Assembly: GCF_001194135.2 (NCBI RefSeq)
Contig: NC_068987.1
Location: 103,761,669-103,801,908, forward strand
Direction of reading: 5' to 3'
Origin: Octopus bimaculoides
Taxonomy: Eukaryota
DNA length: 40,240 nucleotides
A model generated the notes under the pieces. That model ran no database searches. It worked only from the letters and a program-made list of their open reading frames with translations, and was not told the origin of the DNA. Made by a program: the position numbers and the translations under genes. Below are positions 11,226-22,005 of this stretch, piece by piece. Position 1 is the first letter of the stretch. The number at the start of each line of letters is the position of its first letter.

Positions 11226-11443
11226 AATGATTTCAAATTTTGGCACAAGGCCAGCAATTTCGGGGGAGAGGGCAAGTCGATTACATCGATCCCAGTACTT
11301 AACTGGCACCTATTTTATCGAGCCCGAAACGATGGAAGGCAAAGTCGACCTCGGCGGAATTTGAACTCAGAACGTAAAGACGGGCGAAATGCCTCAAAAC
11401 ATTTCACCTGGCATGCTAACGATTCTGCCTGCTCGCCGCTTTA
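11226..11443 (-). mobile_element. SINE family B, full length
   Basis: Reverse-complement match; it ends about 25 nt from the exon 9 acceptor. Confidence 0.9.
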
Positions 11444-11461
11444 AGACGAAACTGTGAATAG

Positions 11462-11578
11462 TCCTTTCTACTAAAAGCACAAGCGCTTGTCACTCCGAAA
11501 GGACGAAAAGCAAAGTCGAGCACGGCGGAATTTGAACTCAGAACGTAAAGACGGGCGAAATGCCTCTAAACATTTCAC
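11462..11578 (-). mobile_element. SINE family B, internally deleted copy
   Basis: Tail joined to ccgaaaggacgaaaagcaaagtcga...ggcggaatttgaactcagaacgtaaagacgggcgaaatgcctc.aaacatttcac. Confidence 0.8.
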
Positions 11579-11621
11579 ATTATTTTTCTACAACGAAGAA
11601 GAAAATAATGCTACTAGAGAT

Positions 11622-11874
11622 CAGTGGTTACTAAAGTGGGCGATATTGCCCTCCTGGGGGCGGTGGAAAGTTCCAAGACGGCATTAAAAAAAAGCGAGGT
11701 GATAATGGGGGAGCGATTCATGAAAAAACAACAAAATAATGGGTTCATGAGGTTAAGTTTTATTTCTGAAATACAGTTGCTTTGAATATGCTTAAGAAGA
11801 AATCTTTAGTCGTGGTTAGTTGGGGTGGGGGCGCTAACAATGTGGCCTGAGTGTCAAAAGTTTGGTAACCACTG
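11622..11874. mobile_element. hAT (Charlie-like) MITE, 253 bp
   Basis: TIRs CAGTGGTTACTAAAGT / CAGTGGTTACCAAACT (reverse complement). The 8-bp flanks CTAGAGAT and CTGTAGAT match at 6/8 as a TSD. Confidence 0.8.
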
Positions 11875-11984
11875 CTGTAGATGAAGAGTTACTCTAACGA
11901 AATATGCAATTTGAACGACGGCCTGTGTCAGTTAATATAAAAGCAATTCTCACTTTTGTATAACTTTCGTTACAACGCTCGTAT

Positions 11985-12042
11985 GTATATGTGTGTCTAT
12001 GTATATATTTATGTACATATGCGTATATATATATATAAATAA

Positions 12043-12090
<48 letters not shown>

Positions 12091-12235
12091 GTTTGTACGT
12101 ATGCACAAACATATATATGTATAGTTATATATGTATATCTATGCATATGTATACATATATATGTACATATCCATATATGTGTGTATATATTACATATATA
12201 TATGTACACACATGTATATATATATATATATATAT
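11985..12235. repeat. Compound (TA)/(TG) microsatellite running into a gap
   Basis: Direct reading. Confidence 0.9.
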
Positions 12236-12888
12236 NNNNNNNNNNNNNNNNNNNNNNNNNNNNNNNNNNNNNNNNNNNNNNNNNNNNNNNNNNNNNNNNN
12301 NNNNNNNNNNNNNNNNNNNNNNNNNNNNNNNNNNNNNNNNNNNNNNNNNNNNNNNNNNNNNNNNNNNNNNNNNNNNNNNNNNNNNNNNNNNNNNNNNNNN
12401 NNNNNNNNNNNNNNNNNNNNNNNNNNNNNNNTCTCTTAGAACTTAATTATTTAAATGTGAACATTAAGCACCACATTATATTACTGATGAGAACAAGATT
12501 TCTAAACGATCGTCTGCATATGATAGAAAAATAGAATCCATAATGGACAATAATAAGTATATTAGCAACGAAGACAAAAAAGAGCCATATTTATTGGAAG
12601 GAAGGACTACATATTTAGGAAGACCAAAGTGATAGAGAGAGGAGTAGTAGTAGTAGTAAGAGGGTGTGTGAGAGAAAGAGAGAAACAGAAAGATGGACTG
12701 ACAAATAAATAGACAGACACACAGAGACAGTGACAAAGAACCATTTGAGAGAGAAAGAGTGAGAGAGACCCGGATAGAGAAGCAGATGAACTGAGAGAGT
12801 TAAGTATCGTGGGATGCGTGTAGAAGAGTTTGTCATGAGAGAGACATAGAAACAGAAAGATTTGCATTTTTGGTGGATGTTGTTGTTA

Positions 12889-13000
12889 TTGTTTAACCCC
12901 AGGTCAACTCTGACCGTGTGTTATCTATAATGTACCATCTATGATCAAAGACATTCCACTTGTGACCATTCAACCGTTTTAGGAATATGTCTTAAAGATC
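12889..13000 (-). mobile_element. Interspersed repeat family D, 3' part
   Basis: Its reverse complement (ggtcac...ggaatgtcttt...atag...gtcag.gttgacctggggttaaacaa) aligns with 24627-24698. Confidence 0.5.
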
Positions 13001-13027
13001 ATTATCTAATATTATTATTTTACTTCC

Positions 13028-13233
13028 CTAAGGCGGCGAGCTGGCAAAATCGTTAGCGCGCTGGTCGAAATGCTCAGCGTTATGTCGCAACGTTCTGAGT
13101 TCAAATTCTGCCAAGGTCGACTTTACCTTTCATCCTTTCGAGGGTCGATAAAATAAGTACCCGTTGAACAGTGGGGCCGATGTAATTCCCACCAAAAAAA
13201 AAAATTTGTACATTTGTGGCAAAATTTGAAACC
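13028..13233 (+). mobile_element. SINE family B with probable 14-bp TSD
   Basis: ATTATTTTACTTCC (13014-13027) versus ATTATTTTTCTTCC (13234-13247). Confidence 0.88.
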
Positions 13234-13393
13234 ATTATTTTTCTTCCTCATTGAATTCAGTTTAATGCGATTTGTGAATAATTTGGCTGCTATTTCTTGC
13301 AGGTCGATGAGCACATAAAAGTTCCAGCATTGGTTTGTATTCCCCATTTTCCCGATAACATTTTGGCGAAAAGATGCCCCACACATGACTTAC

Positions 13394-13425
13394 ACACAAA
13401 TTCATATAGCGGCTCTAGCGAGCAG
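13394..13425 (-). CDS. Exon 8 (32 nt, phase 2->1): (H)CSLEPLYEFV
   Basis: Acceptor aagattctcttag|CTG, donor TGT|gtaagt. The single open frame supplies the 2->1 phase link needed between exons 7 and 9. Confidence 0.5.
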
Positions 13426-13596
13426 CTAAGAGAATCTTAGCAATGTAGTCCTGATCATGGTTAATAATCCTTCCATATACCAAACTGTAATGGTTTTATA
13501 CAGATTAGAAGAGAAGAAAGTGAAGAATGGGAGACACGGTCCAATTAGTGTTTTTTTCAGTTTGCTTTGTTTTTCTTTTGCGGGAGGTGTCCATCT

Positions 13597-13988
13597 TTTA
13601 TCTTCTATCCTTTGCTTGTTCCGGTCATTAGAATGTGGACATGCAGGAGCACTACCTGGAAGAATTTTAGGCAAACGAATCAACCCCTCTACTGATTTAT
13701 TCTTTTAAGCCTGACACTTATTCTGTAGGTCTATTTTGCCCACTGGCTAAGTTACGAGGACGTAAACACACCAACACCGGTTATCAAGCGGTGGTGGAGG
13801 ACAAACACAAACTCAAAATATACTCACATGCACATATATAGATATAAATATATATGCGACGGGCTTCGTTCAGTTTCCATCTACCTACTCCACTCTCAAG
13901 GCTTCTTTTAGTAGGTCCGAGGCTATAGTAGAAAACACTTGCCCTAGGTGTCACGCAGTGCGACTAAACCATGTGGTTGGGAAGCAAA
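13597..13988 (-). mobile_element. SINE family A, nearly full length
   Basis: Reverse-complement match from tail to head. Confidence 0.85.
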
Positions 13989-14652
13989 TCGAGAAACCAA
14001 AAGGACTTCTCCATTGAAAAAGATAACGATGTTTATATAAAAGAAATTTCATACTTATGCTAAATTTATACACAATAAGTATATTAGGGAAAAGCGAAAA
14101 TACGGCTGGGCTGTTGTTAACAAGGATGTGTGAAAACAGACAAAATTGCGCGCGATCTGCGCATATATTTGTCACAGAGTATGTATGTTTATGGCTGTGT
14201 ATGTGTGTAACAATGAAATATAATTTTATTAAACCCAACGATAATTCCTAACAAGGAAATAGAATATGATGTAAGCAGATTATTAATGTGTTAAATTTAT
14301 TTTCGTCTTTCAACTTGTAGCTTAAATTATATTAACTTTTAAAGAACTCGGTAATAATGAGTGCTTAATGAAATATCAAGGATAATGAAACATTCTTTCT
14401 TTAAAGATAATTTTGGCTAAGTCTAAATAAAATACTGTATTGGGTGGAATAGAAGACATGCGGGTATAAAAGACGCGCCACAAATTCATCATCACATATT
14501 CGGGGGAGGAAAATCATATGATATTTAAAGTAACTTCGCATAAATTACTGGAGAGATTTTTTGAGACATTCTGAGACATTTTACCATCAAATACGGTAAT
14601 GCTTTATGTTATTTGGATTATTCCTGTATGTATTATATGTTGCTGGTGCGAC

Positions 14653-14850
14653 GGTGCATAGCTTGGTGGTTTAGGCGTTGCATGCGAGATCGGGTTTTCA
14701 ATTCCTGGTCCGGGTAGTGCATTGTGTTCTTGAGCAAAACACTTCATCTCACGTTGCTCTACCAGCACTTCAACACCTGACGTATGGTACTCCGTATACC
14801 TTTACGATTTGATGGAGCAAGTGACTTAATACATTTGATCACTATATACA
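14653..14850 (+). mobile_element. Diverged tRNA-headed SINE, single copy here
   Basis: A-box-like TAGCTTGGTGG and B-box-like GTTTTCAATTCC, then ttgtgttcttgagcaaaacactt, a common post-tRNA SINE segment. Confidence 0.6.
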
Positions 14851-14854
14851 AATT

Positions 14855-15669
14855 GGATCTTTGTGGTTTTCGTCACTGCTTACAATTATCTTTAAAAGAA
14901 TCTTTTTAATGTATCATATAGATGTAATTTTTGACGCTGAATCCGAATTTGTTATTCATTTATTCCAGAAAAATCTTGCAAAAATGTTACAGGTGTTCGA
15001 AATTTGATCATTTTCAGAATTTTCAGCCAATCAGAAAACAGCGCGTTCGCTGCCTCATCCATCATCAGGTGCAGGAGGCATCGACATGTCAAAACTAGCT
15101 ACAGTAAAGAGTGAAAAACATGAAAACATTCGCGAGCAAATTACATATTTAACAGCTACGAACAAACCAACACGAGTTACTAGAAATAACAGTCAAAACA
15201 TTGTTTAAAGCAGACATTTATTAGTTTAAAAAATTCAAGAACGAAAGTTTGCAATACTCTCTAGGATTTTATAAAATAAATTATCTTTCTCGTATCTCCT
15301 TCTCCACATAAATTCACAAAGATTAGAATCAACCGTGGAACGGTGTGTCCCACACCGGTGTTTGTTTCCTACACTCCGTGTGTGCATGTGCAGCATCTTT
15401 GGTTACTATGAAAACAGAGTTCTTAGCAATCAGCTATGGAACACGTGGTGCTTCTTTGCTTTGGTTACTATGGAAACAGAGTTCTTCGCCACGGGGATGT
15501 GTAACATACTCGCTTCTGATTGGCTAAAATACCCAAATTTTGTAAATTTTAAAGGCTAATAACTTTTTAATTATGGATTTATAAAAAAAATTAATTTCAT
15601 TTTCATAATTAGTATACAAAGCTTAATCCATATACCAAAACTGTAAAGTGACGAAAACCACAAAATTCC
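14855..15669. mobile_element. ~815-bp TIR element, distant relative of the two above
   Basis: Perfect 18-bp inverted repeat TTTGTGGTTTTCGTCACT (14860-14877 / 15647-15664). It shares the aaatttgatcatttt...tcagaaaacag and gttactatggaaacag...gattggctaaaata...aaaggctaataa modules. Confidence 0.65.
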
Positions 15670-16884
15670 TACAAATTATTTGTGCAGGTTGTTCAGCAAG
15701 AAAGTTCCCTTCACTTTTTACAAGGCCTCCGTGACTAATGCGAGAGAGACAGAAAGGTGTCCTCAAACCGAAGATCTAGCCCGAATCCTTGCAATTAAGT
15801 GGACTTTGCTAAAAGCACCCAAGTTCTCAGGTGATAGTGTTAAACTGAGTGACGGATTAAGTCTACCGCTTAAGTAGGTTATAGCGCGATTTGAGCTCAG
15901 GAGATAAAGGGCCGGAACGGATAACGCAAAGAATCCGCTCCGATTATATATTAGCAAGAAAAAGGAAAACAGGAACGTGCATTTGAAAAACATATTAGTT
16001 GAGCCTAGAGAGGACGCTGGTACCATTGTTTTGTACAATGACAATGATTTTTCATAGAGTCATGTGCTTTCTCGCCGTTCCTAGTTATCTCAATAAGTTA
16101 TGGATCACAATCAGACGAAACCAATTTTTATTAACTATGTTAAGACAAGCTCGTGACAGATGTTGGTTGAATTAACTTCAATAGTACAGATTCTTCTTCA
16201 CGTTACAGAATATCGTTCCGAGTGTTAAGCTCGGCTCTATTCTCACACACTTCTACTAAAACCGGATGAGGTCACCATATCTGAGAACAAGTTCTTCACC
16301 CTCAAGGTTAGTACAAATTGGAAACAAAACCAAGAGAGTTTTTTGTGTGTGTATATGCCTGTGTGTGTATATGCCTGTGTGTGTATGTGTTATTATGTGT
16401 GTGTGTGTGTACGTTTTTGAGATGGAGTAGGGTCTTGCGTTTCAGACGGAAGCTGTTCATCAGAGACTTTTTGTTTGCTTGTTGTTATTGTTGTCTTTTT
16501 TGTTTTGTCTTTTGTTTTTTTTTTGTTGTTTTTTTTGTTTCTTGTTTTGCTTTTTAAACATTTTATACAATAAGAACAGTTAATGAAATGAATTGAAATA
16601 GCCTCAAACTCTCTTTGCCACTGCAAACCAAAGGCAAATTGAGACGGAATATTACTCTTATTCTCTCTCGCTCCCTCTCTTTCTTTCTTTCTCTCTCTCT
16701 CCTTTTCTCCCTCTCTTTCTTTTTTCTATCTCCTTTGTTCTATTCTGATGAATAAAGCTACACATCATTAAATAAACATGGCGCCCATTTAGATGTGTGT
16801 CTTCGTTGTGGACGTTGTTTCCTTTAACGGTTTAGAAGACAATACATTTGTCACATTCCATCAACTATTCTTCGACATATTTCG

Positions 16885-16899
16885 CAGTGCTGATGTTGT

Positions 16900-16930
<31 letters not shown>

Positions 16931-17103
16931 GATGATGATGATGACGACGATGACGATGACGATGATGATGATGAGGAGGAGGAGGAGGAGGAGGTGGAGG
17001 ATGACAGCACGTAACAAAAACAGTGGCAGCAATAAAGACAATGATGTTAAAAAAGAAACATCTACAACACTAGCACCACCACCACCACTCACAATAACAA
17101 AAG

Positions 17104-17157
<54 letters not shown>

Positions 17158-17300
17158 TATCACCACCACCACCATTGCTTCCAACATCAGCACCATCATT
17201 ATTAACACCGTGACCGCTATCGTCCTCAATCTTAGTCGTCATCCTCATCATCATCATCATCATCCTCATTAACTACCACCGCCGCCACTATCACCACCAT

Positions 17301-17353
<53 letters not shown>

Positions 17354-17453
17354 ACACATCATCACCATCATCATCATCATCTTCATCATCATCATCATCA
17401 TCAACATCATCACCATCATCATCACCACCACCACCACCACCACCACTACCACC

Positions 17454-17487
<34 letters not shown>

Positions 17488-17521
17488 TCATCATCACATC
17501 ATCACCATCATCATCATCATC

Positions 17522-17561
<40 letters not shown>

Positions 17562-17605
17562 CCATCATCATCACCACCACCACCACCACCACCACTACCA
17601 CCACC

Positions 17606-17681
<76 letters not shown>

Positions 17682-18085
17682 ACATCATCATCGTCATCGT
17701 CGCCGTCATCGTGTTCATGTTGTTTTCAGTCGCCGTCATAATTGTTTTTTTCTAATGTTTTTTTTATATATAACAGAAACTGTTAAAAACTGTAATTGTT
17801 TTTGTTAACATTGTTATTGTTGTTGTTATTGTCGTTCATGTTGTTGTTGTTGTCCCCGTCATTGTTCTAAGTGTTTTTCTGTTGATGATGTTCTCTTTGT
17901 TAATATCGGTCTTGTTATTGTTGTTATTGTCGATGCTGTTGTTGTTTTTGTTGCCATTGGTGTCATTGCTGTTATTATTGTTGTTGTTACTGGTGATGGC
18001 TGTGGACGGTGATGGCGGTGGTGACGGTGATGGTGATGGTGATGGTGGTGGTGGTGTTGATGGTTTTGGTGGGGTGGTATGGTTG
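16885..18085. repeat. 1.2-kb compound trinucleotide array: (GAT/GAC/GAG)n, (CAT/CAC)n, (TGT/TGG)n
   Basis: Direct reading; it is the source of the poly-D/S/M/V ORF artefacts. Confidence 0.95.
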
Positions 18086-18504
18086 TCTAAAACTGCTCTA
18101 ATGTAAAAAAGAAAATAAAAAGACATGGATACAATAATAAAAAGGGGAATAAAGAAATAAAGAAAAAAAAGAAACCAGTTTTTAACAAAAGAAAACATTA
18201 AAAAAGCATTGAAAATAATAACAAACATTTTAAACAGCATTTAAAGGAGGAGGAGGGGAAGGAGGAGTGGATAAAATAGGCTTTTTATTATTTTTGATAA
18301 ATGACTACATAAAATAGAATAAAATTTTTAGAAGTATAAAAAAATAACAATTGTAAAAACATGTCGGATGTCAGTTTGAAGAATTTAGGAAGTGTTTTAC
18401 AGAGAAGGAAAAGGGTAGCAATGGGTAGTTGAACAGGTGGTCGTTGTTAAAAATATCTACTGCAACTTCTACTACAGCAGTATTGCGGTGTTGGGAGTCT
18501 CTAT

Positions 18505-18590
18505 ATGGTTGGTATGATTGGCTGGAAATAGCAACCAAATCCCCCTTCATATAACATCCTGTTTTATAAAGAATGGACGGATAATATATA
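18505..18590 (+). mobile_element. Interspersed repeat family D, 5' part
   Basis: tatggttggtatgattggctggaaatagcaaccaaatccccc. Confidence 0.4.
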
Positions 18591-18613
18591 TGCGGTTAAT
18601 ATGTATTCCTATT

Positions 18614-18823
18614 TAAGGCGGTGAAATTGTTAACACCCCGTGTGAAACGCTTATCGATATTGCGTCTGCCTTTACGTTCTGAGTTCAAATTCTGCCGAGG
18701 TCAACTTTGCCTTTCATCCTTTTGGAGTCGATAAATTAAGTACTAGTTGCGGATGGGGGTAGATCTAATCGACTGGTTCCCCCCTGCCCAAAAATTTCGT
18801 GCCTTGTGCCTAGAGTAGAAAAG

Positions 18824-18827
<4 letters not shown>
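18614..18827 (+). mobile_element. SINE family B, full length
   Basis: Head to tail match; followed by (TA)n and the mariner fragment. Confidence 0.88.
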
Positions 18828-18855
<28 letters not shown>

Positions 18856-18861
<6 letters not shown>

Positions 18862-19245
18862 GCTTCAAAAAATTCGATATCATTTCGCAATCTAATAACT
18901 TTGCTAGTTCTTGTTCAAATGATTTCAAATTTTAACAGCATGTAGAAAAACAAGTCAAAATTTTATGTTTAATGTTTGATATGTTTATCTTTTCAGGTAT
19001 AGAAATGGCATTCACTGGAAGAGAAAAGGCGGTTTGTGTGTCGGAGTATGCTCGGACACAGTTGAACATGACTGTGCAGCGTGCATTTGTGAGAAAGTTC
19101 TCTAAAAAGTCACCAACGGCAATGCAGATTTGGACAGGACACAAAAATTTCAAAGAAGAAGGCTGTCTGTGCAAGGCAAAAGGAGCTGGACGACAACTAA
19201 CATCGGAAGAGACGGTCGAGGGGGTTCACCAAAAACTCTTACGAA
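18856..19245 (+). mobile_element. 5' fragment of a Tc1/mariner-superfamily DNA transposon
   Basis: TA followed by a TAGGGTGCTTCAAAAAA terminus (CAGGGTG-like) at the end of a (TA)n tract. It is followed by a transposase N-terminal reading frame. No right TIR is seen. Confidence 0.8.
19005..19244 (+). pseudogene. Truncated transposase N-terminal helix-turn-helix region (DUF4817-like)
   Basis: MAFTGREKAVCVSEYARTQLNMTVQRAFVRKFSKKSPTAMQIWTGHKNFKEEGCLCKAKGAGRQLTSEETVEGV fits the EKA.CV..., TVQR.F...P...I..W...F.E.GCLCK.K..GR...SE.TVE.V pattern of mariner-like transposases. The DD(D/E) catalytic domain is absent. Confidence 0.8.
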
Positions 19246-19656
19246 GAGTTAGTGTGAACAGAGGATATAGATAATACAGGCACTCCCCATACACACACAT
19301 GCACTTAAAAAACATAGACACACATTGAGGGATACGCATGCGTAGACACATACAATAGGAATACAAAATACAAAATGGCTGATAGTTAGCAAGGTGGGAC
19401 ACACATAAGAAAGAAGAAAGCAAAGGACCACTGATGAGGTCACAGAAGTGTGACGAAAGAACTCTGGCCGAAATAGGATTAATGTAATGTAATGTAATAT
19501 AAAACTGAAGTAAATTAACACCAAATATACAGTGCGTGTGTTTTTGTTGGCTAAACTGGCAATATGACCATCCCCAAGTACAACAACATCTGTTTCAACA
19601 CACGATTTCACATCAAAAATTTTGCAAAACAAATACATATATATATATATATATAC

Positions 19657-19817
19657 AACGGGTTCCCACACAGTTTCTATCTATCAAATTTACTCAAGAG
19701 GCAATAGTCGGCCTGGGGTTATTGTAGAAGCTTCTCGTGCAAGACACGCTACGCAGTGAGGCTGAACCTGAAAGCATGTGATTGCAAAGCAAGCTTCTTA
19801 ACCTCACAGCCATACCT
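19657..19817 (-). mobile_element. SINE family A, diverged 5' half
   Basis: cagtttctatctatcaaatttactca...gctgaacctg...aagcttcttaacc.cacagccatacct. Confidence 0.75.
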
Positions 19818-20007
19818 ACACATGACTGCATAAGTCGTATTCTGATAATCTGTTCTTCTTCTTTTTTTGCTTCTTAGAATTACTTGTCTTTCACTAGAAT
19901 TGCTACAACGCTTTATAAATATTTCTTTCCCTGGCAGTCTTTGATAATAATTTGTGGGCGATTTGCTTTAATTTATCTGTCTTTATGAATTAACATTTTT
20001 TCATTCT

Positions 20008-20015
20008 CGTACACA

Positions 20016-20076
<61 letters not shown>

Positions 20077-20140
20077 NNNNNNNNNNNNNNNNNNNNNNNN
20101 NNNNNNNNNNNNNNNNNNNNNNTGTGTGTGTTAATATATG

Positions 20141-20205
<65 letters not shown>
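20008..20205. repeat. (TG)n, gap, (ATAG)n
   Basis: Direct reading. Confidence 0.95.
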
Positions 20206-20206
<1 letters not shown>

Positions 20207-20223
20207 TGTATTGAAACTGATTG

Positions 20224-20413
20224 CTTTTCTACTCTAGGCACAAGGCCCGAAATTTTTGAAGAGTGGGTTAGTCGATTAGATCGACCTCAGTACGCAACTG
20301 GTACTTAATTCATCAACCCTGAAAGGATGAAAAGCAAAGTCGACCTCGGCGGAATTTGAACTCAGAACGTAAAGACAGGCGAACTACCGCTAAGTATTTT
20401 GCCCGGCGTGCTA
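20224..20413 (-). mobile_element. SINE family B, head truncated at a hairpin
   Basis: Reverse-complement match ending at ccggcgtgcta. Confidence 0.88.
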
Positions 20414-20982
20414 CAAGTATATGTACGGGCACACTTTATGTGCCCGTACATAGTAACTTGTCTACACAATATTAACATGTAAATAATAAATCTATTGATA
20501 AACAACATAACATAACCTTTTCAAACTCATTGACACAGTGACACTAATACAGCACAATACATAGCCACAACACGCACATTCTTTAAGGCTGTAATACATA
20601 AGCACACGCAAAGTCATATATGTGTGAACGCGTGTGTGTGTGTGTGCGTGAGTGTGTATGCACGCACGCGTGTATGTCATCATGAGTAACATTAAAAGCG
20701 CATATGCTCATATCATTATTATGCGTCGCCATAGTTACGCATGTGTTCGCGCAAGCATACGCATTCAATATAGATATTCACACGTAATTAATTATATAGA
20801 AGCACAGAAAATACAGAAATTTATAATTAGCTCAAAGCATCATTGAAGATTTCGTCTTTAGATTCTCGGATTCGTCTGACAGAAATTCTTGGCAATAACA
20901 TCTATTAATTCCCCCTCCAGGGCCTTGCTCTAGCTATAGTTATACAACGCAGAACAAAACTGAAATCTGCTATTTTCCATGT

Positions 20983-21175
<193 letters not shown>

Positions 21176-21191
21176 TTGGAATCTTTTCTGT

Positions 21192-21897
21192 TTGGCTACA
21201 GCTGTGGAAATTTCAAAGTTTATTGAAGATTAAATTTTTTTTTAATGTATTAATGTAGTTTTCCAAGCTGAATATCAGGAGATATTTCACTTTTGCAAGA
21301 AAAAAATCTTTAAAACGTTATAGAGGTTTAAAATTTGATAATTTTCACCCAGTCGGAAAACAGGATTTGGAAGCTGTCATTTTGTGTGTGACGAGTTTTA
21401 ATATGAAACAATAAATAAATCAACTTCTGCTTTACGTACTGCACATAACCTCTCATAACTTTTTCATTTTTTTGGAATTTTCAGAAAATTTTTGCGAATT
21501 TGTATTCTACACTCGGGAATTCGTACCATTATGCAAAACCCCTAAAAGAATTTGGGGATGCGTGATTTAAGTCCTATTTGGCTGTTATTTTTAGCACATC
21601 CCTTGACCTGAGTACAAACAGCTGATGGGCACAAGCAACAGAACACAACGTCGATGCACATGTTTTTGCGTAGAATTTATTTGTCAACACGTGCTATCAC
21701 GCAGACAAAAGAATGTTCATGTTTGGTTTGTTACTATGGAAACAGGCATGATTGTAGCTTACGATTGCCTAAAATAACCCAAAATTTGAAAACTTTAAAA
21801 GCTAATAAATTTATTTATTGGTTAATGGTGAAAATGAATTTCATGGCATTGATTAGCATATAAAACTACATCCTTACAAATTCGAACAGAAATTGAA
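21192..21897. mobile_element. Second, more decayed copy of the 26421-27328 element, with a different middle
   Basis: Shares ttttccaagctgaa...tttcactttt...cacccagtc.gaaaaca.gatt.ggaagctgtcatt on the left and tttgtcaacacgtgc...atggaaacaggcatga...ttcgaacaga on the right. The right TIR is lost. Confidence 0.7.
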
Positions 21898-22005
21898 GAG
21901 ATTGAAAATTGGAACCCAAACAGAAGAGATCCTATGTTTATCCTCTATCACTGCTTAACAACCAGTATGGTTTATTTTTATATTTCTATAAATTAGCGGT
22001 CCGGA

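Noticed and set aside
13303-13440. Plus-strand acceptor followed by a 45-codon frame (VDEHIKVPALV...)
   Set aside because: No recognisable protein and no partner exons. It overlaps exon 8 antisense.
14465-14472. TATAAAAG box with GC-rich flanks
   Set aside because: An isolated short motif in AT-rich intronic DNA with no downstream exon identified.
15800-16040. Possible LINE endonuclease relic (DFAK..., DYILARKR)
   Set aside because: Only two short motif resemblances among many stops; not enough to call.
20516-20587. 72-nt minus-strand exon candidate (LKECACCGYVLCCISVTVSMSLK, phase 2->2)
   Set aside because: The phase would fit between exons 7 and 8, but it is TG-rich, next to microsatellite and not required. 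Left unresolved.
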